Source of the DNA: Octopus vulgaris
Taxonomy: Eukaryota
Length of the DNA: 64,000 nt
Assembly: GCA_951406725.2 (NCBI GenBank)
Contig: OX597825.1
Location: 67,208,001 to 67,272,000 of the forward strand
Reading direction: 5' to 3'
The notes under the pieces are model-generated. The model ran no database searches, was not told where the DNA came from, and saw only the letters and a list, made by a program, of their open reading frames with translations. The position numbers and the translations under genes are program-made. Shown piece after piece: positions 57,891 through 64,000 of this stretch. How positions within the stretch are numbered: the stretch's first letter is position 1; every line of letters begins with the position of its first letter.

Positions 57891-58259
57891 CCTACACCTA
57901 CTGAAACGCGAACACATCCAGCCAGAGGTCACTAGCTTCGTACATCTGGGAAGTGCAAAATAAGCCGTTATCTTTACACATAAGTTGGAAATTTTGAAAA
58001 CATTAATATCGTACTCGGATAATAAGCTATGCAAACCATAAAAAATGTATGCATTCAATTTCGTATGGTTCTTCCGGATAAACGCATGCATAGGGTCTTC
58101 AATTTATACAAACATTTCAAATCTATTACCTACAACTAACGGGAGTATGCTAATATTTTAGTTCTGCATCTAATATAAAACTCTTATCAATTTTAGATTC
58201 TTGACTGTGTAATTAAATTTTGTGGCTATTCCTGTAATAAAGTTAAGTCTTCTTTTCAC

Positions 58260-58556
58260 CCTTATGAAGCCTAGCCTGGCTCATGAGCCTGGTTTACCGG
58301 TTTCTGTGGCGTATGTTCCCCCGACCCCAGCTGGGCGGGATGCCAGTCTATCGCAGCTTTATTCAAGAAACAGGATGAGAGTGAGAGAAATTTGGGGATG
58401 GTAGCGATAGGGGTCGCCACAATCCCCTGCCGGAGCCTCGTGGAGCTTTTAGTTGTTTTCGCTCAATAAACACACACAACGCCCGGTCTGGGAATCGAAA
58501 CCGCGATCCTCCGACCGCGAGTCCGCTGCCCTAACCACTGGGCCATTGTGCCTCCA
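58260..58556 (-). mobile_element. Family C SINE
   Basis: Head and tail match 48291-48595. Confidence 0.88.
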
Positions 58557-58674
58557 CAAATAATGTTAATTATCCATCAAAAAATACAATTCATATTTTC
58601 ATCTTCTGCAATACTTTATCGAGTAGCTCCTGTAGGTACGCTTTTCATATCCACCGCTAAAGCTATTTAGTTAA

Positions 58675-59062
58675 TCTATATAAATAAAAGTGAAGTTGTG
58701 TGAGTGTCTGTCTCCTACGATTTAGATTCCTAACTACTCCCACATTTTGCGGTGCAGTTTAACCAAAACCGAGTATCTTATAGTCGTGATTCATATCGAG
58801 CCCTTCTGGGTATTAGCGCGCGTCTACAATGAATCTACGATTTTTAAAATAATTTACCATAATTTTTTTCCATTTTAAAGCATATATTTTAAATAAAGGG
58901 AAGTAAAAATGTCTACGATGAGTCAACGATTTTTAAAAAAAATTACCATAATTTTTTTCCATTTTTAATGCATTTTTTGCTGTTTTTTTGGCTATAACTC
59001 TCTAAAAATGCTTTATAGTTATTTCCCTTACAAACCCGAGCAACGCCGGGCGATACTGCTAG
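58675..59062 (+). mobile_element. Non-autonomous Helitron
   Basis: A|TC start, subterminal hairpin CCCGAGCAACGCCGGG, CTAG|T end, no TSD. Confidence 0.9.
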
Positions 59063-59787
59063 TACTGTATAAAGGGATGTTTCATGAAATATGTGGAAAT
59101 TTATTTTAATCTGGAACATTTCTTTTTTTCCTTGTAAAATGTATCAGATGTGAGAGGCCGCTTCTCGTAGCATAAGCGAAGGTTTTTTGAGTTTTTTTTA
59201 ATTTTTTTCAAAAGGAGGGAGCACAATGGATTTCCACAGTTAAGGGTTGCAAGATTTTGAGCGGATATATCTGCTTTCCACATTCGGTGTTAATACCTGT
59301 AGATTAAGTAATGATCTAATATGACAGTTCACACATACTCGCATGAAACAAGCACACACACACACACGCGCGCAAACATACGCACACAAAAACACACAAA
59401 CACACACATATGTATACATATTCCATTATTTCACCATACCTCTATAGAAATTCTCCAAGTGCCCATAGCCACTTCATTCTGCATAATTAACCGTTTTCTA
59501 TTATCCCTAATCCCTTTCATCTTTCTTACGTATTACGATTCCCCTTTAGCAAATATTCCTAAATTCATTCCATTATTCCATACGGATTCGCATCCATACA
59601 TTCCTCCCATAACTTTATATAAATACACTATTCCACAAATTATACTTATTATTTTATTCCGTTTAGTCAGGATTGTCGCAATTCATGTCATTTTATATAT
59701 TTCTTGCATGTTTTAACACTAGACGCTGAAACAGAGTTTCAAATCCCCCAAATTGTTTTTTAACAGATTTTACTCTGACCATATGTC

Positions 59788-59892
<105 letters not shown>

Positions 59893-59981
59893 GTATGTAT
59901 ATATGAAAATAGTAATGCAATACGAAAGTATTGCTTTCCAGTAAAAGAACATCTGAAAAATGAAAAACCTAGAAACGGATA

Positions 59982-60052
59982 ATGCAGGACCGGTTTCAGA
60001 CTCTTCAAATATGTTTGACAACGTAGATTTGATTTGTCTTCATCAGCTGCAT
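59982..60052 (-). ncRNA. Canonical type I hammerhead ribozyme within a (TA)n-flanked element (about 59903-60218)
   Basis: AUGCAG-CUGAUGA-AGAC...GUCU-GAAAC-CG-GUC-CUGCAU: perfect core, 6-bp stem I, extended stem II, palindromic ACCGGU stem III. Confidence 0.88.
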
Positions 60053-60214
60053 ATACTTAGATGTTCTTGCTAGAGGTAAGACAAACTTTTTTCATGTTTG
60101 TTGCACACCCACGTCTTAGCTAGTATATACTCAGTGAAGCTATACAATAGCGTCGTATTTATTACGATCGCTATTTTCCAGTAAATATCGGTACTTCGTT
60201 GTACCATTTATTTA

Positions 60215-60270
<56 letters not shown>

Positions 60271-60326
60271 CATACATACATATGTATATACATATATACA
60301 TACATATGTATATACATATATACATG

Positions 60327-60364
<38 letters not shown>

Positions 60365-60943
60365 CATATATAGATATGTATGTATATATACAAGATACAA
60401 AATGGGACAAGAACGCAAAGCATCATACATATTGGTAAATATATATACACATGTATGTAATATATATTTGCATGTGTATGTATGTCGTTGTTCAGTTTTA
60501 TTTCAAGATTTATAGCCAAAAGAGAAAGAGTCGATTTATAGCCTAAACCCAAGGGACTTTCATTGAAATTTCAACATCAACAACAGGGTATTTTTGTGTA
60601 TATGGAGGTATCTGTACAGAATTGTGTGTTCTGTTTTATGTTTGCATTCTCACGCATATAGTTGCATATCGAAACATGCACACATATATTTAAAGGATAA
60701 ACGTATGGAAAGTTTTACAGATTTTTGCAGTTGCAGTGATGGATTAGATCTGTAGTCTTTGAATTAGCTTTCTCCTTTCTTGTTTTGGGAAGCCTAATTT
60801 CTCAAGATTGGTATTTAGGCAGTGTGCTACATATCCCAGGGCCCTATGTATGCATGTATGCATTTATGTATGTTTGTATGTTATATGTATATATGTATCT
60901 ATCTATCTATCTATCTCTCTATGAGTGTGTGTATGATAAGTTC

Positions 60944-61423
60944 AAATATACAGATATGGAGATAATTTATCCTCAAGCGCAGAATAATGTATGTACTGCG
61001 TGAATAGGATATTATCCTTATATTGCAGAAAAAGATTTGTCAGCGGCCAGCAGGGAATAAATTATCTCCATATCTGTATATTTCAATACATCTTAACACT
61101 TCCTACAAAGCAAACTTTGTTTACATATATCGTAATTTGAATTTCACATACAGCGTCCATAAAAAGCTAACATTGTAAGTTCGAAAATTGCTGACAAATG
61201 GGTGAGGGGGCAGATTAATTTAATGGTAAAGCACTTGACCGGTAATCATAGAGATGTGAGTTCGGTTCTCATGGATGGTCGCTGACAAATTTTTTCTGTA
61301 ATATAAGGATAAAATGCTGTTCATGCATTATTCTGCTCTTGAGAATAAATTATCTGTATATTTTAATACATATCAACACATCCTACAAAGCAAATTTTGT
61401 TTACTTATATCGTAATTTGAATT
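60944..61423. repeat. Inverted-plus-direct duplication surrounding a decayed tRNA-like segment (about 61208-61275)
   Basis: 27-bp perfect IR 60944-60970 / 61057-61083; about 61007-61049 inverted at 61276-61320; about 61055-61143 repeated at 61343-61423. Confidence 0.75.
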
Positions 61424-61704
61424 ATAATAAGTTCCACTTTAATGAAAAGAATAATAACCAACAAGGCAGAGTGAAAAGCTTTATGTAAATTTATGGAATA
61501 CAAGTCACTTCGGCATTTCCAGCTGAAAGTCATTTTCAGAGAATTAATCAGATAGAAGGAAAGAGTTACCTAAATATATGACTATATGAATTTGATCTCC
61601 TCATGACAACATGAAAAGAGGTTTCTGTCAAAGATGAACACGAGTCAACCTCACAATCGTATCGCCTACATTCTTCGCCATCTTTGTTATTGTTATTTTG
61701 TCAT

Positions 61705-62745
61705 TCATCACGAAAGATCTTCAACATCTGTCGTTTTACTCAAAGAACATACACTTACATTGCTCTCAAAGTAAAATAACTTCCTAGACCTCTTCCTAAG
61801 TCTGGTGGTAAGTCCAAGCTTATTACACGCTGCTAAAAAGCACTCTATCACGAGATGTAGATCCTTTTCAGAGTGAGTTAAAAGATTCCGATCACCAGGC
61901 CGTTCAAGAATTCGGACCTGGAGATCTCCATTTCCAGCGACTTCGAGGGCCACCTCCCAGTGGTGTCGGGTGTCAACGAATAGCCTACGACTACAACAAG
62001 ACGACCAAAGTTCTTTTTTTTCCCGAGGTCTGGGGTCTCCCGTCCCTAAGCCCTAGACCATCACCTAATCACCCTTACCCGTCTTGATGCTTAACAACAA
62101 AAGCAATCCGATCGCCGGTGTAAAAAGATCAAGAATGAGAGCAATGAATGTTTTTATTACAGTAAAACGACATATGATGGAAATCTTTCATATTGAACAG
62201 CAACTGATGTAAGTACCAGCATTGCTATGCACAAAAGTTTACAAAATAACAGTAACAAAGGTGGCAAAGAATATCGGCGACAGGAATTCAACCTCAGATT
62301 CTGAGGTTTTATTTGGTGTTCACACCCTTAGCAGAAACCTATGTTACCATGGTGTCATGAAGAGATCGAATGAGACCTCTGAACTTTTCCGGACACGCCA
62401 ACTTGAGAAGGACATCACAAAGAGTTTAACACTGTGTAAAACCTTGGAAAGATCAATAAAACAGTGGTACAGATCAATTTCTTGTTCTCTGTATTTCTTT
62501 TGAACATGTTGTGTTGAATTGTACCTTGGTTTGGCCGAAAGCCACATTGCGACTCAGTAAGACTGTCTGATACAACATTGTCTGGCAATCAATTGAGAAG
62601 GATACTTGGAAAGATATCGCCATCAACAGACGACAGAATAATCTCACGGTAGTTATCACGTATGTCTTTGAGTGCTTTATTATAAAAGGAAACGGGAATA
62701 AATTCAACCCTACGCTGTTATTTCTTGAAAGGAGTCCACCTCTAT
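61705..62745 (-). mobile_element. Decayed RTE-clade LINE RT remnant
   Basis: DNYREI.L, LTESQCGFRP, KYREQEIDLYHCFIDLSK, THSEKDLH..F..AC.KLGL motifs on minus strand. Confidence 0.8.
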
Positions 62746-62767
62746 AATTTTTCTTTACCTATATATA

Positions 62768-63150
62768 TCTATTAAATAAAATCCGTTCTGTCTGTGTGTG
62801 TGTCTTCTAGGATCTCCGGCATCCTCCATCCGATTGCGCTCAAATTTGATATGTAGACACCGACGATATATGGACGTGTATAAGTCGTGAAAAAATTGCA
62901 AAAGTCGATTCTAGGTAAGAATGCGATCGATAAAGCCGTGGGAACGTGCTTTTGTATGCGCAATAAAATCGTTTTTCTTTGGAATAGAAAAAAGTCTATC
63001 TTTATTTCTTCTTTTGCTGGTCTCTCAAATTTAGGTTAAATCAGTGTTTCTCAAAGGGGAGGTCTATGGGACGGTCGGACAAGTCGTTTTGAGAAAATGT
63101 TGTTTTAATGTTTGACAACTCAGCACCGTCCATTGGACGGGGTGCATTTT
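62768..63150 (+). mobile_element. Possible Helitron/HINE-type 5' fragment
   Basis: A|TCTATTAAATAAAA start followed by CTGTCTGTGTG and CCGATTGCGCTCAAATTTG; no 3' CTRR end found. Confidence 0.45.
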
Positions 63151-63154
63151 GCTC

Positions 63155-63223
<69 letters not shown>

Positions 63224-63292
63224 GGACGGGGTGCATTTTGGTGGTATATATATATATTATATATATTATATATGGACGGGGTGCATTTTGGT

Positions 63293-63335
<43 letters not shown>

Positions 63336-63409
63336 ATGTATGTATATATATATATTATATATGCATGTATGTATATATATTTTATGTATATATATATATA
63401 TGTATATAT

Positions 63410-63441
<32 letters not shown>

Positions 63442-64000
63442 ATATATATACATGAATACATACACATGTATGTATGCATGTATATATGTATATATTTGTG
63501 CATGAATTTATATATTTATAGATGTAAAACAGTCACGATGCTTAGATCTATATTATTACAGTTTGATATCATTTCTCCTATATTAAAATATCATTTGCCT
63601 CTCTCTTAAATATCCGTATTTCGCCCGGACTGTAAATAGTACATCTTTGATTTGATTTATGCTCAAGAAACATAATCAGAACGCCTACAAGTATTCATGT
63701 TTGCGTTCAAGAATGTCGTTTCTCCGAATGACGAAATTATTACAACAACGTAATTATATTTTGGAATGTATATAATGTATCGGTTTCTATATTTACATCA
63801 ATATCTGTTGTATTTCTTCTATAGTCAATATTTCGTTCGCATTTATATACAAAATTATTTCTCATTACGTATCGTTCTACTTGCTCGTGTAATTAATTTT
63901 TCAAGCTCTATAATCACTCAAACTCACTATCTTACAGCGGTTGAATTAAATACTTATTACTTTCAGATAGAGATGGATTTATTCTGTTTATTGCGATAAT

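Noticed and set aside
60485-60575. Possible further decayed hammerhead element upstream of AATAAA (minus strand)
   Set aside because: Architecture is suggestive but the core nucleotides cannot be read in this copy
61490-61545. Minus-strand CUGAAAA...GAAG...GUA hammerhead-like string
   Set aside because: GAAA core broken, 3-8 pair mismatched and stem I not formed
63133-63296. Repeat-spacer pattern resembling CRISPR
   Set aside because: Spacers are (TA)n, the context is eukaryotic and there are no cas genes

Overview
AT-rich, non-coding animal DNA. I can support no intact host gene, rRNA, functional tRNA or CRISPR array. Almost all ORFs in the supplied track are read-throughs of microsatellites or antisense SINEs. 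The repeat landscape (tRNA-derived SINEs, very long (TA)n, (CATA)n, (GATA)n and (TAA)n arrays) looks like an octopod cephalopod genome; this is an inference. Identified content: four tRNA-head SINE families (labelled A-D here, about 30 copies, several with clean TSDs); CR1 and RTE LINE remnants; many 3' fragments of restriction-like-endonuclease (R4/Dong-type) LINEs lodged in (TAA)n and (CATA)n arrays; a Penelope-like GIY-YIG remnant; three Tc1/mariner remnants; non-autonomous Helitrons; and several MITEs. The main hidden signal is a set of at least five unrelated short non-coding element families at seven loci, each fused to (TA)n arrays. Each carries a type I hammerhead ribozyme or core variant with a palindromic stem III about 60-100 nt upstream of the (TA)n junction, and two loci are arranged as long inverted repeats. 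The 59982-60052 motif is fully canonical. This suggests a diverse, (TA)n-associated, Penelope-derived ribozyme retroelement system.
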